NCBI GenBank assembly: GCA_017416425.1
Contig: JAFQCL010000017.1
Location: forward strand, 36,393 to 100,392
DNA: 64,000 nt
Direction: 5' to 3'
Origin: Clostridia bacterium
GTDB lineage: Bacteria; Bacillota; Clostridia; Christensenellales; CAG-138
The notes below the pieces were generated by a model. The model was not told the DNA's origin, ran no database searches, and saw only the letters and a program-made list of their open reading frames with translations. The translations under genes were made by a program, and so were the position numbers. Shown one piece after another: positions 47,289-55,806 of this stretch (its first letter is position 1; every line of letters starts with the position of its first letter).

Positions 47289-47353
47289 CTTATTATAGAG
47301 TGAATCGGGTGCATAGCATCAGAATCATGCATTATAGCCGGATAAACACCATA

Positions 47354-48154
47354 TTATGGGCGAAGCCCCAGACCGCCCTCCAACGTTAATGTCTCACCTG
47401 TCATATATTTGAAATCCGGTAGCGCTAATTGAACACAGACACGGCCGATATGCTTCTCCGGGTCTGCGAAATAACCCATAGGCGGGGTGTGAACATTCTT
47501 CTCAAAGGCTTCCGGGTAGGCATTTTTAAACTGCTCAAGCTTAGAAGTAAAGGCCAGAGGACAAATGACATTGACATTTATTCCATCCTTGCTCCATTCT
47601 GTCGCAGCCACACGAGTTAGACCGCGAATGCCCTCCTTTGCTGCCGCATATGAGCTTTGCCCATAATTGCCGAATAGTCCGGCGCCCGAAGCAAAGTTTA
47701 TAACGCTGCCATGGCTTTTTGCCAAATAGGGATAGCAGGCCTGCATATAGTGAAAAGTAGAATAAAGACCTGAGTATATAGCAAGGTCAAACTGTTCAGT
47801 GGTATGCTCAGATAATGTTACACCCGATGCTGATGACTGGGCAACATTGATAAGTACGTTTATACCACCAAAAGTTGAGATTGTCTGTTCCACTACGCTT
47901 GAAACAATAGCTGCATTATCAGCACCGGAAGAAATATCCGCCTGTATCGGCAGCACTTTTATACCATATAGCTGTTCAAGCTCTTTTTTTGCATCAGCTA
48001 GTTTATTTACGTTGCGTCCGGTGATGACGAGGTTAGAGCCTTCCTTGGCATAAGCTATCGCGATACCATAGCCGATTGAGCCAGCTTCACCATTTGCTAA
48101 TACGGCTCTCCCTCCGCCGGTAATTAAAGTCGTTTTACCGGTTAAAAAACCCAT
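47354..48154 (-). CDS. SDR family oxidoreductase
   Basis: AAGGAGG RBS before the ATG at 48154. It has a TGGG..(insert)..GSIGYGIA cofactor loop, an NxxxQ-type segment, and the catalytic SSYAAAK (YxxxK). Confidence 0.85.
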   Translation of the reverse strand: MGFLTGKTTLITGGGRAVLANGEAGSIGYGIAIAYAKEGSNLVITGRNVNKLADAKKELEQLYGIKVLPIQADISSGADNAAIVSSVVEQTISTFGGINVLINVAQSSASGVTLSEHTTEQFDLAIYSGLYSTFHYMQACYPYLAKSHGSVINFASGAGLFGNYGQSSYAAAKEGIRGLTRVAATEWSKDGINVNVICPLAFTSKLEQFKNAYPEAFEKNVHTPPMGYFADPEKHIGRVCVQLALPDFKYMTGETLTLEGGLGLRP

Positions 48155-48355
48155 ATTACTTCCTCCTTGTGTCATAAAAATCATTATAAGCCTTTTATGC
48201 TTTACAGGTCAATCTTACTTTCTGCAGCAAATCCCAAAAAGTTGCAAATTTAAAAGATATATTAACAGCGAAGGCTCTTTAGCCAAAAATGGTAGCATAT
48301 GGAATGGGAAAAGCCTGGCACTGACTATGCATATTGGGGAAAAATTTTTAGCAGA

Positions 48356-49666
48356 TCATTGCTTTAGGGGCTTTACTCGCCTTGCACGATATATCAAGAC
48401 TGTCCCTAAAAGCTCCAAACAATATAGTACAATAAAGCCGATATTGATGATATTCAGATTTTGTTGGGCAATACGAAGATCATCGTGTGTGAAAACGGTG
48501 ATGGGAAGTCCATCCTCGCTGTTTGAGGGCTGTACGCTGTATACGGTTTTATTTCGATAAATATATTCGCAGACAACCTTTCCTTCTTCTGTGCCGTCCT
48601 CTATCCTAACTTCTGTTCGCAAATCTTCGTCTACGGTGATCTCATTTTCAAACTGATCATAATAGAAATTGCTGTAGTTGGGCGCGGCCTGTACAATGCT
48701 GTTACCGTCTCCATACTGGTAGTAATAATCAGGAATATCCTGCTCCATGTAGGCTATGAAGCTATCGAAATCGCTAAACTGTTTTCCCTCGGCTAAAGAC
48801 CAAGGGCTCACTGCTCCATTTACAGAGCTTTGGATGAGGAAAGTTACCGCAAGAATAACGACAGAAGCGATGGCGCAGAGGCGTTTTAGCTTATGATTAT
48901 GCCAATAGACGCGCTCTTCTTTTTCACTCATCGAGTATATACCGATTTTGAGCAAATGAGCGTTTAAAAAATAGAATATGACACCGAATACCAAAAAAGC
49001 AAGGATACCAAAAAGCGATCCGTAGCGGAGCCAAGAATTCGCAGCAAGTCCCACATAGGTATCATAGGGAAAAATGATCAATGGGAGGGTAATACCAAAT
49101 AGGGTCAGTGTCACGCAGGCAGTTCGTTTTGCGATGTTAACTACCGAAGCCTTAAATCGGTTGATCTCCACACCTGTAAGACTCTCATCGGAAACGCTAA
49201 GAAACGCACTGTTTACGAAGATAGCCTGAAAAAGCAGAGCACCCGTATAAAATACTGTACCTACAAAAAAACCTATATATGCTCTTAGAAAACCTAAATT
49301 ACAGATCATGGCCGCGATCAGACCCAGCACAGAGATGCCCATAGCAATAAAGCTGTGGGCACGATACTTAGAAAGATTCATCGTAAGTATTCGCTTTCGC
49401 TGTTTCTCGCTCTTTGCGGATGTTTCATCGGGTTCTGCTGTTCGTTTGGATTCAGGTTTTCTTTCACCACGAAGCAGCTCATCACATGTAACACCAAATA
49501 TCTCAGCGATCACCGGAATCAATGCTAGATCAGGCGCGCCATCGTCCCGTTCCCAGCGACTTACCGTCTTATCAGACACATTTAGTTTTTCGGCCAGATC
49601 TTTTTGTGTCATACCGTTAGCTTTTCTTAATGCTGATATGAATCCGCCGATCGTTTTTCTTTCCAT
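48356..49666 (-). CDS. XRE-family HTH protein fused to a multi-pass membrane domain
   Basis: 436 aa. N-terminal HTH_3 (LRKANGMTQKDLAEKLNVSDKTVSRWERD), then a charged linker, about five hydrophobic helices, a roughly 110-aa soluble segment and a final TM helix. Confidence 0.8.
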   Translation of the reverse strand: MERKTIGGFISALRKANGMTQKDLAEKLNVSDKTVSRWERDDGAPDLALIPVIAEIFGVTCDELLRGERKPESKRTAEPDETSAKSEKQRKRILTMNLSKYRAHSFIAMGISVLGLIAAMICNLGFLRAYIGFFVGTVFYTGALLFQAIFVNSAFLSVSDESLTGVEINRFKASVVNIAKRTACVTLTLFGITLPLIIFPYDTYVGLAANSWLRYGSLFGILAFLVFGVIFYFLNAHLLKIGIYSMSEKEERVYWHNHKLKRLCAIASVVILAVTFLIQSSVNGAVSPWSLAEGKQFSDFDSFIAYMEQDIPDYYYQYGDGNSIVQAAPNYSNFYYDQFENEITVDEDLRTEVRIEDGTEEGKVVCEYIYRNKTVYSVQPSNSEDGLPITVFTHDDLRIAQQNLNIINIGFIVLYCLELLGTVLIYRARRVKPLKQ

Positions 49667-50090
49667 AAAATTCGCTCCTTTCGTGCTATACGATGTCGTT
49701 TATGGTTTGATTATACGATTTTGTCATTGAGAATTACACCTGCAAAAGCAAGAATCACTCTCAAAACACGAGAATTTCGCTAAGCTACCTTCCTTATGAA
49801 TATCACTGTTTATTATAGCGCTCAAATTAGCGTATTATATCCATCCCAGGGCGAATGCTTTGGGCGAAGTAAATATGAAAATATTTTAAATAAGCTTTGG
49901 CTTTCGTTTGATGATTTTAATCGCAAAATCCATTGATAAACCTGCAAGTTTGTTCTCTTTTTTCGTTATTTCCTCTGCGGATATTATAGCATATTCAATG
50001 AAACATAGCTGCGCATTATGAAATATTTTGTCTTGGCTGCAAAATGTGCAATAAAATAAATCCCTCATACGCGAGCCGCGTATTTCATTG

Positions 50091-50135
50091 AAAAGAAACA
50101 CCTTTTGTCTACTAAGACAAAAGGTGTTTCTTTTC
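50091..50135. terminator. Perfect 16-bp bidirectional intrinsic terminator downstream of tRNA-Ala
   Basis: AAAA GAAACACCTTTTGTCT acta AGACAAAAGGTGTTTC TTTT. Confidence 0.8.
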
Positions 50136-50139
50136 TGGA

Positions 50140-50212
50140 TGGAGACGAGGGGATTCGAACCCCTGGCCTATGCGTTGCGAACGCATCGCTCTACCAACTG
50201 AGCCACGCCCCC
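50140..50212 (-). tRNA. tRNA-Ala (anticodon CGC)
   Basis: Hand-folded 73 nt: acceptor GGGGGCG/CGTCTCC including the G3:U70 alanine identity pair, anticodon stem ATGCG/CGCAT with loop TTCGCAA, and T-loop TTCGAAT. Confidence 0.88.
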
Positions 50213-50235
50213 AAGCGCTACCTTTAGCGAAAGCC

Positions 50236-50264
50236 AGTATACTCCAAATCGGTGAAAAATGCAA
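50236..50264 (-). promoter_or_regulatory. Sigma-A type promoter for tRNA-Ala
   Basis: On the minus strand: TTGCAT (50264-50259), a 17-nt spacer, then TATACT (50241-50236). Confidence 0.45.
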
Positions 50265-50432
50265 CATTTATTTTGATTTTATATAAATATTTATGATTTT
50301 TGCCTGTTTTAATATAGATTCTTTGAACCTCCGAGTCAGTTTGGTGTTTTCAGCACATAAAAAACAAGTTTTTTTAAAAATAAAAACCCCAATCGATATG
50401 ATCGGAGCCTTTACTTGCCTAAAAGCAATTAA

Positions 50433-50505
50433 CGCGCCTGGCAGGATTCGAACCTGCGACCTACCGGTTCGTAGCCGGGCACTCTATCCACTGAGCTACA
50501 AGCGC
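50433..50505 (-). tRNA. tRNA-Arg (anticodon ACG)
   Basis: Hand-folded 73 nt: acceptor GCGCTTG/CAGGCGC, D-arm GCTCAGTGGATAGAGT, anticodon loop CTACGAA, and T-arm GCAGG-TTCGAAT-CCTGC. Confidence 0.88.
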
Positions 50506-50526
50506 AAGCGCTATACAAGCTTTATT

Positions 50527-50555
50527 ATTCTAAAGCATTCGGGTGAAATTGTCAA
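50527..50555 (-). promoter_or_regulatory. Sigma-A type promoter for tRNA-Arg
   Basis: On the minus strand: TTGACA (50555-50550), a 17-nt spacer, then TAGAAT (50532-50527). Confidence 0.5.
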
Positions 50556-50646
50556 CCTTTTTCTAAAAGTATATTGTATTAGTTTTTTATGGGTATCAGG
50601 TGTAAATTTAACTGCAATTTTTATGAAAAAGCATGGCTTTATAGGG

Positions 50647-50674
50647 TTGACTGGTTTTTTCTTAATCCTATAAT
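50647..50674 (+). promoter_or_regulatory. Sigma-A type promoter upstream of the terminase gene
   Basis: TTGACT (50647-50652), a 16-nt spacer, then TATAAT (50669-50674), about 95 nt before the TerL ORF. Confidence 0.5.
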
Positions 50675-50769
50675 CATACTTTTACGCTTTTGCAACCTAT
50701 TTGCACCCACTATGCTATACCTTCTTTAATAAAATAAGATGATGGGAATTATGCAAGAAAAAAATCATT

Positions 50770-52122
50770 GTGGAGGTGATGTGTCTGAGGCTGGTGATAA
50801 AAGGAAACTGTAATAAAAAGCAGGAGGAGTTTTTAAGGTCAGAAGCAAGGCATACGGCCTATGGTGGAGCACGCGGCGGGGGTAAGAGTTGGGCTATGCG
50901 TCGAAAGCTGGTACTACTTTCTTTAAAGTATCCCAAGCTAAATTCGTTACTTATGAGAAGAACTCTGCCTGAGTTATATGAAAACCATGTTGTACCGCTG
51001 CTCTCAGAGCTGGCAGGAGTTGCAGAATACACTTCGAGCAAGCGAGAATTCATGTTTCCAAACGGCTCAAGGATAAAGCTTGGATACTGTGATAATAGCA
51101 ACGATATTTATCGTTATCAGGGGCAGGAATATGATGTCATAGGGCTTGAAGAGGCTACTCATTTTACGGAGGAGCAAATGCGTTTTATTACGACATGCAA
51201 CCGCTCTGTAAGACTGGATTTTTCACCCAAAATGCTTTATACCTGTAATCCCGGAAATGTAGGACATGCTTGGGTAAAGCGCCTGTTTATAGATCGTGAC
51301 TTCAGAAGTGGCGAGCGGCCGGAGGATTACGCTTTTATACCTGCCAGGATATATGACAATAAAGTGCTTTTAGAGTCGGATCCCGGTTACCTTATACAGC
51401 TTGAGTCTTTACCTGAGGAGCTTAGAAGGGCTCATCTTAATGGGGATTGGGATGTATTCGCAGGACAGTTTTTTAAGGAATTTGATCGAGTAAAGCATGT
51501 GTGCGAGCCTTTTCAAATTCCGGGTGAGTGGAAGCGTTTTAGATCAATGGACTGGGGCTTTAATGACCCCTGCTGTGTACTTTGGCATGCTGTTAATAAT
51601 GATGGCGCCATATACACATATCGCGAACTTTATGTGAGGCAGCAAAGGGCCGATCAGATAGCAAGGGATATTTTAAAGGAAAGTGGGGATGAACATATTT
51701 CATATACCGTTGCATCACCGGATATGTGGCAAAAGAGAGGCGCAGTGCTTTCATCTCAGGGTGGATACCTTGGGGAATGCATTGCGGAGCTGTTTTTAAA
51801 GCTTGGCGTGCCTCTGATACCTGCGGACAACTCACGAGTGCTTGGTTGGCAGCGTGTTAGGGAATATTTGGCAGAGGATACCTCCGGTAGACCGCGATGG
51901 CAGGCATTTCCCTGCTGCAACAACTTGATCCGAACGCTGCCCATGCTGGTATACGACTCGCATAATCGTGAGGATGCCGCTGACGGCGAGGATCATGCTC
52001 CCGAAGCGCTAAGATATGCTCTTATGTCAAGACCCGGAAAGGCAAAGGTTTATGAGCAAAAAAAAAGCATCTTTGACCCATTTGGTACGGAAGGCGGAAA
52101 AAATACATTTTTTAATTCATAG
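50770..52122 (+). CDS. Phage terminase large subunit
   Basis: 450 aa. It has Walker A GGARGGGKS, a Walker-B-like DVIGLEEATHF, and the nuclease-domain acidic motifs MDWGFNDP and EDHAPEALRY. The start is ambiguous (GTG 50770, GTG 50776 or ATG 50779). Confidence 0.88.
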   Translation: MEVMCLRLVIKGNCNKKQEEFLRSEARHTAYGGARGGGKSWAMRRKLVLLSLKYPKLNSLLMRRTLPELYENHVVPLLSELAGVAEYTSSKREFMFPNGSRIKLGYCDNSNDIYRYQGQEYDVIGLEEATHFTEEQMRFITTCNRSVRLDFSPKMLYTCNPGNVGHAWVKRLFIDRDFRSGERPEDYAFIPARIYDNKVLLESDPGYLIQLESLPEELRRAHLNGDWDVFAGQFFKEFDRVKHVCEPFQIPGEWKRFRSMDWGFNDPCCVLWHAVNNDGAIYTYRELYVRQQRADQIARDILKESGDEHISYTVASPDMWQKRGAVLSSQGGYLGECIAELFLKLGVPLIPADNSRVLGWQRVREYLAEDTSGRPRWQAFPCCNNLIRTLPMLVYDSHNREDAADGEDHAPEALRYALMSRPGKAKVYEQKKSIFDPFGTEGGKNTFFNS

Positions 52123-52133
52123 GAAAGGATAAA

Positions 52134-53648
52134 GTGATGAGAAGAAAAAAACAAAAGCAGGATCAAAAGCGCATAGAGGAGATATATGCGCTTTTTAATG
52201 AGTACATGGATCTGTACGCACAGGAATGGATGCGTCTTGAACGTTGTGAGAAACTCTATCATGGGCAGCATTGGGAGGAGATGCAAGGTGTTGATGAAAG
52301 AGAGCCAAAGCCGGTAACGCCCGTGATCTTTTCAACGGTCGAAAGTATAAGAGCGGATCTATCTGAGATGATACCGGAGGCAGTTATCACCGCTGATGAC
52401 CCGCGTTATGTAGAGGTGGCTGCCACGCTCACGGAGGTTGTACGGGAAAACCATAAGCGAAGCCATTTTGACAGGGAATACCACCGTATGCTTCACGATC
52501 TTTTGGTAGGGGGCATGATGGTACTGGAAGTTGGTTTTGATCCTTATGCTGCAGGCGGAGTCGGAGGTGCATTTTTAAAGCATGTCGATTCAAGAAGCAT
52601 AATGTTCGACCCATACTGTACCGATATACAGGACTCAAGAGCCATATTTAAATTTAAGCCCCATCGCAGGGAATGGTACTTTAAGTATTATCCTGATTAT
52701 GCCGATATGATGATTTCAGATGGATATACCCATGATAAAACAAGGGATGCCTTTGCTTCGCTTGATCAGAGCGATACCATAATGCTCATAGAGTGCTGGG
52801 AGCGAAAATTTAACGCAAAGACAGGAAAACATGAGGTTCATATGTGTAAACTGGCTGGAAGCGTAATGCTTGAGGACAGCAGCGTATCTAAGTCATATGG
52901 CTATTTTGAACATGGATTTTATCCCTTTGTAGCAAGCGCCCTCTATGAACGCAAGGGAACCTATCTTGGCTACGGAATAGCGGATATGTTTGAAAACAGG
53001 CAGCTCGTTGCGGATAAGCTGGATCAGATAGTGCTAAAAAACGCGCTGATGGCATCACATAATAAGCTTTTGATCACGGGCGCTTCGGGATTTGATGCAA
53101 ACGATCTTCGTGATTGGTCCAAAGAGGTACATGAGGGTGACAGCTTAAGCGGAATAAGCTGGTTTTCAACAGCTCCGCTGCCGGCATATGTGTTTGAATA
53201 CATGGAATCAGTAAGAAGCAGCATAAAGGAGGAATCCGGTTCCAACGATATATCGCGAGGAAGTGTTGCGGCAGGAGTTACGGCCGCAAGCGCCATTGCA
53301 GCGCTGCAGGAGATGGCAAGCAAAAGGTCGCGCCTTGCACAGAGGAGCATATATGCGGCATTTTGCGAAGCTGTACAGCTTGAGATCAATATAGAACGTG
53401 AATTTTCAATACTTCCAAAGCTGAGTGAGCTTAAGCTTAGCAGGATTCCAACTGAAATGCAGGTAAGTGTAAAGGTACAGCATGCAAACGCATTCAGTAC
53501 CATTTCACATAATGAATTGATTTTAAGTCTTGTGCAGCACGGAATAATAAAGCAGGATGTTGCGCTTGATCTTATGATTTTCGAAGGAAAGGAGCATGCA
53601 ATATCGCTTATGAAAGAGTATACCAATAAAAGCGCTGCGGCAAACTAG
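52134..53648 (+). CDS. Phage portal protein (SPP1 gp6-like)
   Basis: 504 aa. It has typical portal size and position directly after TerL, with a conserved N-terminal W-rich region (YHGQHWEEM ... PVTPVIFSTVESI). Confidence 0.8.
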   Translation: MMRRKKQKQDQKRIEEIYALFNEYMDLYAQEWMRLERCEKLYHGQHWEEMQGVDEREPKPVTPVIFSTVESIRADLSEMIPEAVITADDPRYVEVAATLTEVVRENHKRSHFDREYHRMLHDLLVGGMMVLEVGFDPYAAGGVGGAFLKHVDSRSIMFDPYCTDIQDSRAIFKFKPHRREWYFKYYPDYADMMISDGYTHDKTRDAFASLDQSDTIMLIECWERKFNAKTGKHEVHMCKLAGSVMLEDSSVSKSYGYFEHGFYPFVASALYERKGTYLGYGIADMFENRQLVADKLDQIVLKNALMASHNKLLITGASGFDANDLRDWSKEVHEGDSLSGISWFSTAPLPAYVFEYMESVRSSIKEESGSNDISRGSVAAGVTAASAIAALQEMASKRSRLAQRSIYAAFCEAVQLEINIEREFSILPKLSELKLSRIPTEMQVSVKVQHANAFSTISHNELILSLVQHGIIKQDVALDLMIFEGKEHAISLMKEYTNKSAAAN

Positions 53649-53666
53649 ATAAAAAGGAGGTGTGCT

Positions 53667-53807
53667 ATGAAGAAAAAAAGACGCCAAAGGCTTACTCGGG
53701 CGCTGGTAGATACAGGCAAGGGCTTTATTAGATCCGATGTGCTTGGAAGCTTTACAGGCATGGGCGAAGATGGCGATAGGCCGGTACAGGATGCAGAGGA
53801 TCTTTAA
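53667..53807 (+). CDS. Small basic/acidic hypothetical protein (46 aa) after the portal gene
   Basis: AAGGAGG RBS 7 nt before the ATG. Sequence: MKKKRRQRLTRALVDTGKGFIRSDVLGSFTGMGEDGDRPVQDAEDL. Below the ORF-track length cut-off. Confidence 0.5.
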   Translation: MKKKRRQRLTRALVDTGKGFIRSDVLGSFTGMGEDGDRPVQDAEDL

Positions 53808-53825
53808 GGGAAGCGGTAAAAAGAG

Positions 53826-53863
53826 TTTTTTTGGGGCTCGGGGCTTTGCCCCGAGCCCCAAAA
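53826..53863. other. 16-bp GC-rich perfect hairpin at the distal edge of the phage remnant
   Basis: TTTTGGGGCTCGGGGC ttt GCCCCGAGCCCCAAAA. There is no trailing U-tract beyond the paired A/T ends. Confidence 0.6.
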
Positions 53864-54074
53864 GGAGCTTCTGCCCTTGACACGGTTGCGCCACAAACCA
53901 TGAGAAGCCTTTACTTTTCATTTCAAGCCTTATTTTCCGCTTAAGATTCGCAAGCTATTGGGCGTAGGGCATTCGCCCTGAAGAAGGGGATACATCTTTT
54001 GACAAAGGCGCTGGGGCGGCAAGCTTTGGGCAGGAAGTCGGGGACGGAGTCTTTGAGAAAAGCCCTGCGAAAAA

Positions 54075-55340
54075 CTAAACTATCGCAATTGATGAGATGT
54101 TATATCCAAACAAAGAGGTTTCATCGGGGATAAGGCATATCTCGACCCTGGTTGATACACAGGATACGGAACCGCCGGGATGGCCGGACATAAGCCTTCC
54201 CACCAGGGTTATAGCACCTAAGTCGTCCGAAAAGGCATCTTGATAATCCATGCCGTAAAACAGGTTGATACCAGTGTCGGTAATGGCATATGTATCCTCA
54301 TTAAGCGTGACAAAATCGGCGTTTGCAGGCAGGCTTTGCAATATGTCTGTATCAAAAATACCAAAATAAGCAGCGTCATAGTCCGCTTTATCTATAAGGA
54401 TAGCGCCTTCGGTGCGCTGATAATCACCGTTTAAAAAGTAATTTGCCATGGTATAAGCGGCAGAATATGGGTCAGGCGTACCGTTGAAGCTTGTTTGTCC
54501 CTGCATAGTGATCGCTGTTAAAAGGTCATCGATAATGAGCCTTATACCCGAAAAAGCGTTTGTACTTATGATATCCCCTACAAAGCCTGGCTGCAGAACT
54601 CGTGAGGGTATTTCAAAGCTGTGACTGCCGTATGCGCTTACTACACCCGCATCAATATAGATGATAAATCCGTCAGAGGTCACCTCATAGCCGTTAAAAA
54701 GATCGATAGCCGCTGAAATGTTGCTAAGCTCTATATCGTGGTAGTAAACGGAACCAGAATCATCCGATCCACGGATAATTTGAAGTATCTGCTGGCCTAC
54801 AATATCATTTGGATCGTAAAGTCCCACAACATAGCCAAGCGAGCGCTCGATACCCTGCTCATCCGCAACGATCACATGAGTATTTGTAACGACATCAGAA
54901 CCAAAACTGCTTTCATCGGTAAACACTATATTGGTATAACCTCGTGCAAAGCGAACGCTGCATGTAACGTCGGTATATGGGAGGATAAGCTCCGTAGAAT
55001 CCGCATAGGGCACCCTTTCCTGACTGACACCGATCAAAAGCGTATCAAGGTAGTGTGAAACTGCCGAATTGAGCTCATCGGCATGGATATGGCTTTCACT
55101 GCTGAATTTGGGTATGGTATAGGTCAGTCGATAGTTTGCACTATCCTCTGTGCTGTTTGCGGGATAGTAGATCGTAGTGGTTTCAAGCTCAATAACGCTA
55201 TTTTCAGGCGAATCATCTGGGGTATATTCCGGATACGAAGGCGGGGTTATTAGGGTCGGCAGTTCAGTGGGAACTTTGCAAGCGCTAAAACAAAATATTA
55301 AGAAAAATGCTAAAAAAAGCGAAAAATTAATTTTTTTCAA
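54075..55340 (-). CDS. Hypothetical lipoprotein (possibly DUF4163/DUF3298-like)
   Basis: 421 aa with signal peptide and lipobox FSAC. The domain guess rests only on general resemblance to RsiV/PdaC-type extracellular domains. Confidence 0.6.
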   Translation of the reverse strand: MKKINFSLFLAFFLIFCFSACKVPTELPTLITPPSYPEYTPDDSPENSVIELETTTIYYPANSTEDSANYRLTYTIPKFSSESHIHADELNSAVSHYLDTLLIGVSQERVPYADSTELILPYTDVTCSVRFARGYTNIVFTDESSFGSDVVTNTHVIVADEQGIERSLGYVVGLYDPNDIVGQQILQIIRGSDDSGSVYYHDIELSNISAAIDLFNGYEVTSDGFIIYIDAGVVSAYGSHSFEIPSRVLQPGFVGDIISTNAFSGIRLIIDDLLTAITMQGQTSFNGTPDPYSAAYTMANYFLNGDYQRTEGAILIDKADYDAAYFGIFDTDILQSLPANADFVTLNEDTYAITDTGINLFYGMDYQDAFSDDLGAITLVGRLMSGHPGGSVSCVSTRVEICLIPDETSLFGYNISSIAIV

Positions 55341-55440
55341 AATAGTTACACTCCTAAATCAGTAGTATTCACGCCAAAAGGCAACAATATGTGTTATTTT
55401 ACAACAAAATGATACCGTGTGACAAATAAAAGGTGAATAA

Positions 55441-55556
55441 GTTTGAAAATGAATTTTCAAAACGTATTTTTAACTTTCCAAGTCAACAGACTTTTATTTT
55501 GTAAAAGCATAAATCACTTTCAAATCCATAAAAAAGGAAGCTTTCGTTGTGAGAAA
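55441..55556 (+). repeat. Intergenic repeat family, copy C (diverged full length) plus trailing hairpin
   Basis: GTTTGAAAATGAATTTTCAAAACGTATTTTTAACTTTCCAAG ... AAATCCATAAAAAAGGAAG, then CTTTC-gttgtga-GAAAG. It is colinear with copies A and B apart from several indels. Confidence 0.6.
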
Positions 55557-55572
55557 GTTAGCATGAAATATA

Positions 55573-55806
55573 ATGAAAAAAATATGTAAAAATGGTGTTT
55601 TGACCAAGAAGGAAAAAACAGAGATAGCGAAGGTATTGATGCGGCTCTGTACGGATGAATCTCAAAAGCCGACCGACAGAATTTCTGCGGCAAAGCTATT
55701 GATAGATATGGATATAAAGGCATCGGAGAAGGAGCCAGATGGTGATGATGCGCTACATGTCGTATTTGAAGGGGCTGTGCCCGGGTATGTGAGTAAGCTC
55801 AAATGA
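55573..55806 (+). CDS. Short ORF resembling the C-terminal part of a phage small terminase subunit (possible gene fragment)
   Basis: 77 aa. PTDRISAAKLLIDMDIK is like the conserved (D/E)R(I/L)KAAELLGK helix of TerS proteins. No N-terminal HTH region and a weak RBS. Confidence 0.35.
   Translation: MKKICKNGVLTKKEKTEIAKVLMRLCTDESQKPTDRISAAKLLIDMDIKASEKEPDGDDALHVVFEGAVPGYVSKLK

Larger units (their letters stand above)
50647..53807 (+). mobile_element. Prophage remnant: terminase large subunit, portal and a 46-codon ORF only
   Basis: Two intact phage morphogenesis genes with no integrase, small terminase, protease, capsid, tail or lysis genes anywhere nearby. Adjacent to tRNA-Arg. Confidence 0.6.

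Noticed and set aside
49886-50101. 71-aa ORF next to tRNA-Ala.
   Set aside because: Its start codon lies inside the 16-bp terminator stem. It has no RBS at either candidate ATG and no recognisable similarity. It is probably non-coding, though a gene relic cannot be excluded.
50293-50673. 126-aa plus-strand ORF between the tRNAs.
   Set aside because: It reads straight through the tRNA-Arg gene and an AT-rich spacer, so it is an artefact.
53958-53969. 12-mer GCATTCGCCCTG shared with the reverse complement at 49848-49859.
   Set aside because: A single 12-nt match is expected by chance many times in 64 kb on two strands, and the flanks do not align.
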